Shown: positions 26,490-38,295 of the stretch, piece by piece
Layout: every line of letters starts with the position of its first letter
How positions within the stretch are numbered: position 1 is the stretch's first letter
Assembly (NCBI GenBank): GCA_038087875.1
Contig: CM075996.1
Span: 6,326,001-6,390,000, forward strand
Length of the DNA: 64,000 nucleotides
Direction: 5' to 3'
DNA from: Malacoraja senta
Lineage: Eukaryota
The notes under the pieces: model-generated
Database searches by the model: none
What the model saw: only the letters and a program-made list of their open reading frames with translations
Told to the model about the DNA's origin: nothing
Program-made: the position numbers and the translations under genes

Positions 26490-27345
26490 AAGACAAGATA
26501 AGACTTTATTAATCCCCTTATTCAGGGGAAATTAAGATGTCCTTGCAGCACACTAATAAAAATACAACATAGTGTTCAAAAAGAAGTTCAACACAAAAAC
26601 ATCCCCCCACAATGGTTCCCACTGTGGGGGAAGGCACAAAGTCCAGTCCCCATCCTCATGTCCACCCAGAGTCGGGCCCACTGAGGCCTCCACAGTCCCG
26701 CCACGGCGCCCGATATTCTCGCCCAGGCTCCGGGATGTACCGTTCAGCGTCGCAGCTGGCCGCTCCACAGAACCGCAGCTCCACGATGTTACCATCGGCG
26801 GTCCCAGCATACTGGAGTCCCAGCGTGGCGACCCAGGAAAGGCATCGCCTGCTCCACGACAGCGCTCCAGCGCTGCACCGCCGCCAAAGCCGATGTTCTG
26901 CGCCGCCGCCAAAGCCGGTGTTCTGGCCAGGTCCCCTTGGGGAAACGTCTGCGCAGCCGCCAAAGCCGGTGTTCTGGCCAGGTCCCCTCAGGGAAACGTC
27001 TGCGCAGCCGCCAAAGCCGGTGTTCTGGCCAGGTCCCCTCAGGGAAACGTCTGCGCCGCCGCCAAAGCCGATGTTCTGGCCAGGTCCCCCAGGGAAACGC
27101 CGCTCCAGGACCCGCTGGTAGGCCGCAAGGACAGGTCGAAGGCGCTGCTCGGAGGAAGACAACCCCTCCGACCAGGTAGGGACTCGAAAAACAGTTTCCC
27201 CCTTCCCCCCCCACCACCCCCCACACATAAAAAGATTAGGCCCCCTGACTACACACTAAACGTACTAAAAATAATAAAAAAGAAGGGAAAAAGACGGACA
27301 GCTGCAGGACAGGCAGCCGTTCAGGACAGCGCCTCCTCCGGAAGG
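26490..27345 (-). mobile_element. GC-rich non-autonomous retroposon-like insertion
   Basis: On -, ends AATAAAG + (TCTTA)n tail; CpG-rich body contrasts with AT-rich intron; family unassigned. Confidence 0.5.
26898..27099. repeat. 51-bp tandem repeat, ~4 copies
   Basis: Unit CTGCGC(C/A)GCCGCCAAAGCCG(G/A)TGTTCTGGCCAGGTCCCC...GGGAAACGT starting at 26898, 26949, 27000, 27051. Confidence 0.95.
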
Positions 27346-27880
27346 CGCTGGAGGTGATTTGATTTTAAGCGTTGCACTTGAATAGAGATGTATGAACATG
27401 GTGTGTGTGTGTATGTTGTGGAATCTCGGCTATTAAGGATGTTTGATGTAATTTATTTTGCCTCCTTGTGTTTGTAATTGACTTCATATTTTTGACCACA
27501 CTGATCAGCTGTAGACAAAATGGAGAGCGTTTGCTTTTTGCGGAGTTGAAGTTGGCTGGGAGTTTACTGCTGTCGGTCTTGTGTGACTTGATGGTTTATT
27601 TTTGTGTTCCCACAGACATCGTGCAGGCTACAGAGAGGCGTTATAGACCACCCCTGTTTAATTTAACAATGCACCCCCAACTGTTGACCTTGCCATTGAT
27701 ACCAGTATTTTGATAGTGTCACTCGGTTTAGTCTGTGGTTACAGCATTGTCCAAATCCATTGATTTTTTTTTGTGAGCTAGAATGGTATTTTACTAGTTG
27801 TACATTAGCATTGGTTAGTCAATTCCAGGATTTCTCATTGTTTCTGAAGAAAATGTTTGATTTTTTTCCCCCCACTGCAG

Positions 27881-28013
27881 ACACTACCTCCCTCGTAATC
27901 CATGCCCCACGCCGCCTTATCACCATCAGATACCCCCTGTCCATTCGGACACACTGGAGTTCTACCAACGATTGTCCACAGAAACACTCTTCTTTATTTT
28001 CTACTACCTAGAG
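27881..28013 (+). CDS. CNOT3: CNOT3-like exon, start of NOT box ([16 protein letters not shown]...[19 protein letters not shown])
   Basis: CTGCAG acceptor, GTGAGT donor; near-identical to the CNOT3 NOT-box peptide. Confidence 0.96.
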
Positions 28014-31000
28014 GTGAGTATTCATGGATTTGTGGAGTTGTGCTGCATGGAAACTTCGGTCCAAATCATCCATGCCGATAAAGATTTAAACTAATCCCAT
28101 TTAGCCCATATTCATCTAAGCCTGTTGTATCCCTGTATGTGCCCAAATAATATTTGCATGTTATAATTATACCTCCCTCTGGCGCCTTTTTCAATAGACA
28201 ATAGGTGCACAAGTCTGCCATTCGGCCCTTCGAGCCAGCACTGCCATTCGTTGTGATCATGGCTGATCATCCACACTCAATATCCCGTTCCTGCCTTTTC
28301 CCCATATCCCCTGACTCTGCTATCTTTAAGAACTCTATCCAACGCTCTCTTGAAAGCATACAGAGAATTGGCCTACACTGCCTTCTGAGGCAGAGAATTC
28401 CACAGATTCACAACCCTCTGTGTGGAAAAGTTGTACGTACTCGCTCCTCCCCGCGTGGAAATACTTGACTTCAGATCCCTGTTAATCCTTTGCCCTAGTT
28501 CTGAGCAGTACAACTATTCTGTAGGGAGCAACTGCAGATGCTGGTTTAAACCGAAGATGGACACAAAAAGCTGGAGTAACTCAGTGGGTCAGGCGGCATC
28601 TCTGTCTGAAGAAGGGTCTCAACCCGCAATGTCACCAATTCCTTTTCTCCAGAGATGCTGCCAGAACCGCTGAGTTACTCCAGCTTTTTGTGTCTGTCAA
28701 CCATTCTGTAACAAGGCAATGAAGTGTTCAGGTTTCAATTTGCAAACGTGCTTTGGATTCATACTTGGAATAAAATGGAAATTAGGTTCAGTTTTAACAG
28801 CAGGTCGAAGCAGTTCAATGCTGCCCATTTATTAGAGCTTCACATTGTCCTTGGGATCACCTTTACCAGAACTTTGCACTGGATTTGTATCCTTGCACTG
28901 GGCCGTTAATCCAATCTGTGGGCCCCACCACATAGTGGGCTCCAGATTAAAGTGTGTAGGAAGCAACTGAAGATGCTGGTTTAAACCAAAGACAGACATA
29001 AAGCTGGAGTAACTCAGCGGGACAGGCAGCATCTCTGGAGAGGAACGGATGACGTTTCGGGTCGAGAAGAAGGGTCTCGACCGAAACAAAACCCATTCCT
29101 TCACTCCAAAGATGCTGCCTGACCAGATGAAAGTGCGTTTGTTTGGTCATTGCAAGGTGGGATGTAGTTCACCTGCCCGCACTCACCTAGCCTTGCGCGG
29201 GTAGAATGGGCGTTTTGGACCCGTGCACCTCCAAAATAAGTCTCCTCTTTTGAGAGGAGATAGGCATATGGGGAGAGAAAATTGTTAACACAGAAAGTAG
29301 GTGCAGGAATAGGCCATTTGACCCTTCGAGCCAGCACCGCCATTCAATAAGATCATGGCTGATCATCCAGAATCCTTACCCTGTTCCTGCTTTCCCCCCC
29401 ACATCCCTTATGGGGAATAAAATAAAAGGTTCTATCTCCACAAGATTATTCCTGGCTTGGAACGTGTGTGTGCCAAGTACATGTCACACAGCTGTTCCTT
29501 TGAGTAGCATTCCAGGCTTCGATGGTCTGCCAGGTGGAATTAATCTGAATGGCTTGCCTTGTTTCTTGTGGTCCCCTGTAATGAAGTGTGTACTATAAAT
29601 TAGGAAAAGGCAGTGTAAACATCTGGTGTGCCTGCACTATTTACTTGCTCGGTACGTCCCCTTGGCCACTGCTCAGAGTGCTTCAAGATTAAGCATTAGT
29701 GCAGGGGATTCTGCTTAAACGTGAAAGATTCCGGCAATGCCAGGGATCTTTGGGTCGTGCATCATGGAAGCAGGCCCTTCGGCCCATTGCATCCGTGCCG
29801 ACAGTCAAGTTGTCATCTGCACTCTTGTTTTCCCCATCATTACCCTGGAAATATCTTGCAGGCTGTGACTGTTCAGCCTGGGTGATGTTGGGGATAGTAC
29901 CACGTTGCATCCTTGGACCTATTGTTCTGGGAATAATTTACAGCGAGCAACAGTTCGGCAATGGCTGAACTCGGAGGAGCTCCACAGGCTCTGACTGACC
30001 TGACACTTTTAATGTTTACTGAGTTGTAATGTGCTCTATTCTTGCAATGGCTTAATTATGAAAAGCAAATTCCCCAATTGTTCATGAAAGATTTCCGTTC
30101 TTGCAAATGGATAATGTTTTTCCTCCAATGGCCTATGTAAACACAGCAACTGAGCTCTCGTGCCTGAAAAATCGAGTGTTATTCTGAATTTATACTGAGG
30201 TAGTTGTGTAGTCAGAAACTGTTGTTGGACTCCAGGCGATTTTGGGCGGGGGTGAGGGGAACAAGCCTTAGTTAGCAGTCGCTTTCCAGTAATCCCCACT
30301 GAGGTGGCACAGTGTAATCATAACCCCATACATGAAAAAACCCAGCTCCAGAGCATAGGAGGATGAGGGGTGACCTTATAGAGGTGTACACAATTGTGAA
30401 TAGATTGTTTAAACGTAGTGTCTTTTGCCCAGGGTAATAGAGATCCAGAGGGCTTATGTTTTAAGGTGGGGGCAGGAGTGAAGATTTAATCGGAACCTGA
30501 GGGGTAACTTTTTTACACAAAGGGTGCTGGGTATCAGAAATGAGCTGCCAGAGCCAGTTAAGGCAAGTACTATCGCAACGTTTAAGAAACATTAAGGCAG
30601 GTCCCTGGATAGGATAGGTTGAGGGATATAGGCCAAACGCAGGTGGGTGGGGCTAGTGTAGATGGGACATGTTGGTCGGTGTGGACAAGTTGGCTTAGTT
30701 TAGAGGCTGTATGGACTCTCTGACTCCTGCACTTTGCCAGTGAAGTGTGCAATTATATCCCAGAGGGGATTAAGACCTTGTAAAATAGTTAAGAAAAGGG
30801 AAGCTGGTGTTTTTCTTAGCTGACACGATTGCGGAGAGATTCACTAGGTTTCCAAACGTACAAAGCATTTTGTTGATAAAATAGGGTGAAGCTGAATCCT
30901 ATAGCAGGCTTGGTAACCAGATAACAGATTTACAGAAATTAGCAAAATAATGGGAGAGGAAATGTTGTTTAACAGTGAGGTCTGGTATTCTGGGATGCAT

Positions 31001-31413
31001 TGCTGGAAAGGGAAGTGGACACAGATTGTGTCAATAAGTGAATAGGATTGATGCTTAAAATGTGATGGGCTGTTGGGAAAGAGTAGTGGGAATGGAACAA
31101 ATTAGAGATTGTGTAGGAAGGGACTGCAGATGCCGGTTTACACTGAAGATAGACACAACTGGAGTAGCTCAGCGGGTCAGGCAGCATCTCTGGAGAGAAG
31201 GAATGGGTGGCGTTTCGGGTCGTCCGAAACATCACCCATTCCTTCTCTCCAGAGATGCTGCCTGTCCCGCTGAGTTACTCCAGCATTTTGTGCCTAAATC
31301 GGAGCTTGTGGTCGAAGAGCTAAGGTGGCTGCTTTTACTGTGCACTTCTGCAAACTGTTCTTGCTCTGGAGTCTGATGCTTTTTTTTCCTTTTTTTCCCC
31401 TCCTCTTTACCAG

Positions 31414-31538
31414 GGGACCAAGTCCAGTATTTGGCTGCTAAAGCTTTGAAGAAACAGTCCTGGAGGTTCCACACCAAGTACATGATGTGGTTCCAGAGAC
31501 ACGAAGAGCCAAAAACAATCACAGACGAATATGAACAG
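31414..31538 (+). CDS. CNOT3: CNOT3-like NOT-box exon ([41 protein letters not shown]), 1 nt short as assembled
   Basis: Strong pyrimidine tract + CCAG, GTACAG donor; conserved peptide in frame from 31425; only 11 nt where 12 are needed before it. Confidence 0.9.
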
Positions 31539-33424
31539 GTACAGATCCGACCGGCATTCTCAGTCTGTCAATAAAACTTAGTTGATTATCCTTTGTAGAC
31601 TAGGAGACCTGGGATCGCTCTGCATTAGTGTTTCAAGTGCCCTCGGGACTCGGTGCCAGCCTGGCACACTTTCCAGACTATTGGCTGTTACTCCTATTAA
31701 TTACCCGATACAATTTCAATTCACTTGTTTAAAGATGTCACATGTTTGCATAACAACATTCTCATTGAATTAGAGTTTGAAGGGAGTGTGGGCAATGGGT
31801 GCCTGGCGAGCTGGACTCCTAGCTGCCACGTCTTCCAAAAGATCAGTGGATTACAAGAATTTTACTGTTAACTGTAGCCTTAATCGACACATGTGAAGGA
31901 AACTGCCTGGCTTTGCAGCAGCTTTGCACTCTTGTGTTGCTGCACTTATCCATAACCTGCAAACTAGTTCAGAAAGGCTGGGGTCATAGATGCAATTAGG
32001 GTCGGGGAGGTATAATAGGTGGTAAAATTAGTAGCTTTGGATGGGGTGGATAGGAATTGGATCCATCACCACAAAAAATAGTAAAGGACATATTTTACCG
32101 GAGGGGGGGGGGGGGGGAATAAGAGTTGAGTTGCTGCAGGAATGTACTGTCTGAAAGTTTGGCGGAAGTAAATTTCAAGTTCCAAAAGTGAATTGGGGAG
32201 AAATGCTCTTGGAAAAGATATCCAGGGTAGTGAGCAGAGATAGGGTGGCACGGTGGCGCAGCGGTAGAGTTGCTGCCTTACAGCGCTTGCAGTGCCAGAG
32301 ACGCGGGTTCAAACCTGACTACGGGTGCTGTCTGTATGTAGTTTGTACGTTCTCCCCGTGACCGCATGGGTTTTCTCCGTGATCTCTGGTTTCCTCCCAC
32401 ACTCCAAAGATGTACAGGTTTGTAGGTTAATTGGCTTGGTATAAGTGTAAAGTGCTAATGTGCGGCATTCGCAGGTTGGCGCGGACTCGGTGGACCGAAT
32501 GGTCTGTTTCCGCGCTGTATCTCTAAACTACACTAAATATAGGGTAGATGCAAGCTGTTAGAATAGGCAGTGGTGTGAAGGGCTGAATGATTGTCTCCTG
32601 GTTCTGTAAGGTTCTGACTTGTACACTGTGCAATTTCTTACTAAATGGTGTTGACTTGTGTGAGTTGGATTGCAGACTGGGGCTCTGGCTGAGGGCTTAA
32701 GGCTTGGCTGCTTTTGCATTTAGTCTACTGTGACCTAAAGGTAGGTTTTGTACCTTCTGGTTGGGCACTGCAGTAGCCTCTGAGTTCAGGTAGCGACCTG
32801 GTATGTCCAAAGCTGCCCGATGTAAACTTTAGTTCCCCATCACAATGTCATCTTCACATTTTTTTTTAATCTGCATTTTTCCTGATACTGTAAACTATTT
32901 GAGGCTAATATGTTATGGTATTAATTCAATCCTCCTCCTACCTTTATCTCTCCTGTTCCCACTGCACTTAGAGTCTCTTTTACATCAATTGGGCTGGAGT
33001 TTACTTACTCAGCACCTAGCCTCTCATTATACTCTCAGTCTCAAGCAATATAGGTAAGTGATGTTGGCAGTTTCGCGCTGTGAAGGACAATGGAGAGGGA
33101 AAAGAGCAGATGCAAGTAGATTGTGCAGGTGGGTATGGCTTCTAGAGTATTGCCTATTAGGTGAGGCCCATTGCTTTTGTGTGTGCATTGAGTCTGATTT
33201 ACTCAATGTATCAGGTGGCACTGACTTGCCTTGCACTGTCTAAAGCCCAACCGTGGTATTATTGATAGCACTGTTTGGCAGTGGAATAATCAGCGCTCTT
33301 TGGAGGAAAATAAATGAGGAGTTGTTAAAAACAAAGCATTGAGTTGCAAACTGACAATTAAAATTGTAGGCACTGATTGTTGTTACCCAGGATGAAAGCC
33401 GTGTGAAGCAGTGTTTGCGTCTAA

Positions 33425-33547
<123 letters not shown>

Positions 33548-33840
33548 CCAGGAAGTATACACCCAGTGCCAGGGTGAGGTATGGCCCCCCGCGCTACTGA
33601 TTGAACCTCAGTAACCCAGTATCGGGCTCACAGTCTGAACACACCGGTGTTCTTGGAAGAGAGCTTTCGTTTAGAGACCTTGTACAATTTTGAGGAAAAA
33701 AAAAAGAAGAAAGAAATCAAAAAATGTTGTACATCATGTATTTTGTTCTAACCTGTGCATAAGATATTGTATTGGAAAATACTTTGTCAGGAATCTGTAC
33801 AGTTCTGCGTTTAAAAAGCAGTTAGTGCTTGTATGAAAAA

Positions 33841-33846
33841 AATAAA
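33841..33846 (+). terminator. Probable polyadenylation signal of the CNOT3-like gene
   Basis: AATAAA ~295 nt after the stop, preceded by several TGTA and followed by a U/GU-rich tract. Confidence 0.65.
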
Positions 33847-35120
33847 ACATTTTTCATGTATACTTAATGTTTATTTTGTGGCATGGTCCGAGTTTCCTTA
33901 TTTTATTGGCCATGAGGAATGTCACTGAAGTTCTGATAATCTTGCACTTTAGTGCTGGACTGATTTGTTTTTTTGGACTACTGGATATTAATGATGAATG
34001 AAACTTTATTGCCACGTGCGACATGTCACAGTGAGATTCTTTGTTTCGCAGAAACGCGTATGCGAATAGTCGCCCAATATCGGGTGTCGACAAAGTTACA
34101 AAGTATTTCAGCCCCCAGTGGTTCCCTTCATTCTCCCCCCCCCCCCCTTGTTCTCGGTGGCCCCATTACTGCCCTGAACGTTACGCAGCATAATTTTGTA
34201 GTGAGCCACAGTGTGTTTGAAGGCGGCGAGAAATAATACACAGGCGTTCCTGGCCTCGAACCCACCCAAGTTCCTGGCCCCTGGTGTTCCAGGCATACAC
34301 AGTCTGGAGACCCTGCCACACTCTAGATTCCCCCAGCTCCAGTCTCGCAGCCCACTCCTACTCTGCAACCCAGGTTCACACTCTGGAGAGAGTCGGGCAT
34401 TGACCCGTCGGGGTTTCTCAACTATCAGGATGTGGGATTACCAGTATTTTGTATTAGATTTCTGAAATAAGCTTTGTATTTCACTGTTGCAACTTCTATC
34501 TGTATATGTTCTGACGCCTCAACATTATTCTCTATTCGCATCTCGGGTGTTCATTCCTCTCTGTTCCCATTTATGCTGGATGAAATTTCAAGCCATACTG
34601 CAGTTCTGCTTACTTTTGATTAACTTTCCTGCCTCCCTCTGCTGCAGGGCTTCCTCTAATCTTACGCTAACAGTTAGTTAGTTGTCACGTGTACCGAGGT
34701 ACAGTCAACGGCTTTTGTTGCATGCTATCCAGTCAGCAGAAAGACAATATACGTGATTACAGTGTACAGATACATGATAATAAGGGAATAACATCAAGTG
34801 CAAGGTAAAGCCAGCAAATTCCAGTCAAGGATAGTCTTGAGTCTCACCAATGAGGTAGATAATAGTAAAAATGTGTAGGATAGAAATGCCGATGATGGTT
34901 TAAATCGAAGATAGACGATGCTGGAGTAACTCAGCGGGACAGGCTGCATCTCTGGAGAGATGGAATGGGTGACGTTTCGGGTCGAGACCCTTCTTGAGAC
35001 TGAAGGGTCTCAACCTGAAACGTCACCCATTCCTTCTCTCCAGAGATGATGCTGTCCCGCTGAGTTACTCCAGTATTTTGTGTCGAGATAGATAGTAGCA
35101 AGCCCAAGAGTTTTGGTTGG

Positions 35121-35328
35121 TTGGGGGGGGGGGTGGAGTTGTCATGAAAGGTTTTTCAGCATTCCAACGTTGGGGGAGAGTGGGATCATGTCCTCAGACA
35201 TTGTGTCTCTTGTCCATCCCAGTTTGGGGGGGGGGGGGGGTGGAGTTGTCATGAAAGGTTTTTCAGCATTCCAACGTTGGGGGAGAGTGGGATCATGTCC
35301 TCAGACATTGTGGCTCTTGTCCATCCCA
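35121..35328. repeat. Tandem duplication, ~107-bp period, 2 copies
   Basis: TGGAGTTGTCATGAAAGG...CTCTTGTCCATCCCA at 35134 and 35241, each preceded by a poly-G run. Confidence 0.93.
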
Positions 35329-36364
35329 AGGGACCCATAACCTTCAGCACAGCAGACACATAGGAACACTGCCATCTGCAGGTTCCCCTCCAAACTGCAC
35401 ACAGCCTTGACCAAATTACAACTAAATTTCTTCATTGAAGATAGACTCAAAGTGCTGGAGTAACTCGGGGACAGGCACCATCTCTGGGGAGAATGGTGAG
35501 GTGATGTTTTGGGTCAAGACCCTTCTGCCTGTCGCACTGAATGGCACCAGTGTTTTGTGTCCATCTTCGGTGTAAACCAGCATCTGCAGTGCCTTCCTAT
35601 CCATTTCCTCATTTCTGGGACAAAACTTTGGAACATTACCACCAATTATACCCTGAGAATACCTTCAGGATGGATAAGAGCGATTCAAAATGTCTCTCCA
35701 CTACTTGGGCAATTAGAGATGGGAAAATAAATGCTAGATCTGCCAGCTGCAATCAACTTGTTAGTGTAGGAAGGAACTGCAGGTGCTGGTTAATACCGGA
35801 GATACGCAGCAATGCTGAAGTAACTCAGCAGGTCAGGCAGCAGCTCTGGAGAAAAGAATAGGTGCTGTTTTGGGTCAGAATCCTTCAGACTGAAAGATAG
35901 CAGGGAAACTAGAGGCTAGAACAAATCAGAGCTGGCAACAGGAAGAGTGGAGTCCAGGAGTTACTTGAAATTGGAGAAATCAACGTTCATACTGCCTGGT
36001 TGTAAGCTGCCCAAGTGAAATATGAGGTGCTGTTCCTCCAGTTTGCATGTGGCCTCACACTGACAGTGGAGGAAGCCTAGGACAGAAAGGTCAGTTTGAG
36101 AAGGGAAGTTAACAAGTTTGACAACCGGGAGGTCTCGTAGGCCAAAGGTGGACTTTTAGTAACTATGCCATGGAAACTCGCCAGGTGTAGATGGGTTGCT
36201 GATCTGCCTGCACACTCTTCTGTACAGTTGTTGTTCTCCTTGCCTGTACCTGTGCCCTGTGCTGATGCATGGTGGTTGAGATTGGTGTGGTAAATAAGTC
36301 TTCATAAGAAAATGTTCTTACCTATTCAATCTAGCAACCTATCATAATTTGAGCATTTAACAGT

Positions 36365-36392
36365 CTGAAGAAGGGTCTCGACCCGAAACGTC
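36365..36392 (+). ncRNA. Minimal type-I hammerhead ribozyme-like motif in a PLE terminus
   Basis: CUGAAGA-A-GGGUC(UC)GACCC-GAAA-CGUC; identical cores at 46455-46482 and 56564-56591. Activity not shown. Confidence 0.6.
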
Positions 36393-36971
36393 ACCCATTC
36401 CTTCTCTCCAGAGAATGCTGCCTGTCCCGCTGAGTTATTCCAGCACTGTCTAACGCATCCCATGCCTGATTGTAACTAAATTGTCATATTTTCTCCTGTA
36501 ATGTAGATACCGCAGGTGAAGTAGTCGTTTGTCTATCGTTATTTTTCCCTATGAGTTCCTGGCAAGGCCAATTCAGAGAGCGGTGAAGAGTTAACCACAT
36601 TCCTGTGGGATTGTAATTACAACACGTCGGACTGGAGCGGATGTTGAATTCCTGAACGCTGGTGAACTACGCTGCCTTCAAGGCCGTTACGGGGCACTCA
36701 AAACCGAATGAAATCTTTAACTGTTTAATTATGGCCTGACTTGCGTTTTATATAAACATGCTATTTTTTATTCTTGTCCTCTGCTCTTATTTAACACCAA
36801 ATGCTGTTTGCTTTATAACTAATTTGCAGTTAAAGAATAAGCCTTGTTTTGGATATCTTAACGTAAAATGTCACCTTTAACCATGACGAGTTGTGCCTGC
36901 CCCGGGGCGGCACAGTGGCGCAGCGGTGGAGTTGTGGCCTTGCGAGACCCAGGTTCGATCCTGACTACGGG

Positions 36972-37379
36972 GCTTGTACACTCTGGAGTTTAGAAGGATG
37001 AGAGGGCATCTCATTGAAACATATAAGATTGTTAAGGACTTGACACACTAGAGGCAGGAAACATATTCCCGATGTTGGGGGAGTCCAGAACCAGGGGCCA
37101 CAGTTTAAGAATAAGGAGTAAGCCATTTAGAACTAAGAGGAGGAAACACTTTTTCTCACAGAGTGGTGAGTCTGTGGAATTCTCAGCCTCAGAGGGCGGT
37201 GGAGGCCGGTTCTCTGGACTTTCAAGAGAGAGCTAGATAGGGCTCTTAAAGATAGCGGAGTCAGGGGATTTGGGGAGAAGGCAGGAACGGGGTACTGATT
37301 GTGGAGATCAGCCATGATCACATTGATGGCAGTGCTGGCTCGTAGGGCAATGCCTACTCCTGCATCTATTGTCTATTGT
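36972..37379 (+). mobile_element. CR1/HER1 3' fragment nested in an HE1 SINE (host ~36905-37607)
   Basis: GLYTLEFRRMRGHLIETYK-like sequence, (CTATTGT)n tail, CTACGGG duplicated on both sides. Confidence 0.82.
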
Positions 37380-38154
37380 CTACGGGTGCAATCTGTGGAG
37401 TTTGCAGGTCTCCCTGTGACCAAATATAAAAAAGATACAACAAACAAAACAAACCCCCCCCCCCCTTTATTCCAGGGACGTGCAGATTTGTGGGTTAATA
37501 GGCTTCTGTAAATTGTTCCTAGTGTGTAGGACAGTACTAGTGTATGGATGTTCGCTGGTCGGCGCAGGACAAAGGGCCTGTCTCCGCGCTGTATCTCTAA
37601 ACTAAACACTTTGTGTGTGTTGTGAGAAACTTATTGTGCTTCCTGAATCAAACAATCGACATAATGCAGGCTAGTGTTCACTACCTGTAAGGCAGCAACT
37701 CTACCGCTGTGCCACCGTGCCGCCCTATAGCTCTGTATAAAGCTCCAAATGAACAGGTACTAAGGAACTATGTTTTAATCCCCCACTTGCAGCTCTGGTG
37801 TGCTTGAAAACGTCAAGCAGGGTGATATTTTTGGACATCTCCTCCTGCTCCGAGATTCCATGATGCTGAGAGAGAAAGAGTGAGGTTTAGCCACGTGTGA
37901 GATCTTCCCAAGATAGACACACAAATCTGGAGGTAACTCAGCGGGTCAGGCTGCATCTCTGGAGGAAAGGAATAGGTGACGTTTCGGGTGGGCAGAACTA
38001 AACAGGGCTGGAAACAGATAACTGGAAGGGTGGAGTCCATAATGCCCCAGTGTAATGCCCCTGGGGAAGATGTGCTAACAACAGGGATACAACAGTAGAA
38101 CTACTAGGACAACTAGGGTGGGAGATGGAGGGAGGGGGGGGGGGGGGGGAGTTA

Positions 38155-38295
38155 AAATGTTTGGCGACTGAGCGATTGTGTAGGCCAAGGTGGACTGAGC
38201 GGAGGTGTTCAGCGAAACAATCGCCAAGTCAGCGCTTGGTCTCGCCGATATATAGGAGCCCGCACCAGGAGCACCAGATACAGTAGACGAGCTTG
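38155..38295 (-). mobile_element. Penelope-like GIY-YIG endonuclease fragment
   Basis: Minus-strand translation SWCGLLYIGETKR*LGDCFAEHLRSV contains the YIG motif; other pieces at ~35960-36150(-) and 46150-46545(+). Confidence 0.78.

Noticed and set aside
26898..27099. Regularly spaced repeats as a CRISPR array
   Set aside because: Units are contiguous with no unique spacers; eukaryotic context; no cas genes.
26572..27357. 261-aa ORF (longest in the track) as a novel nested gene
   Set aside because: Length is explained by GC richness and a 51-bp tandem repeat; overlapping ORFs in several frames, no domain or splice support.
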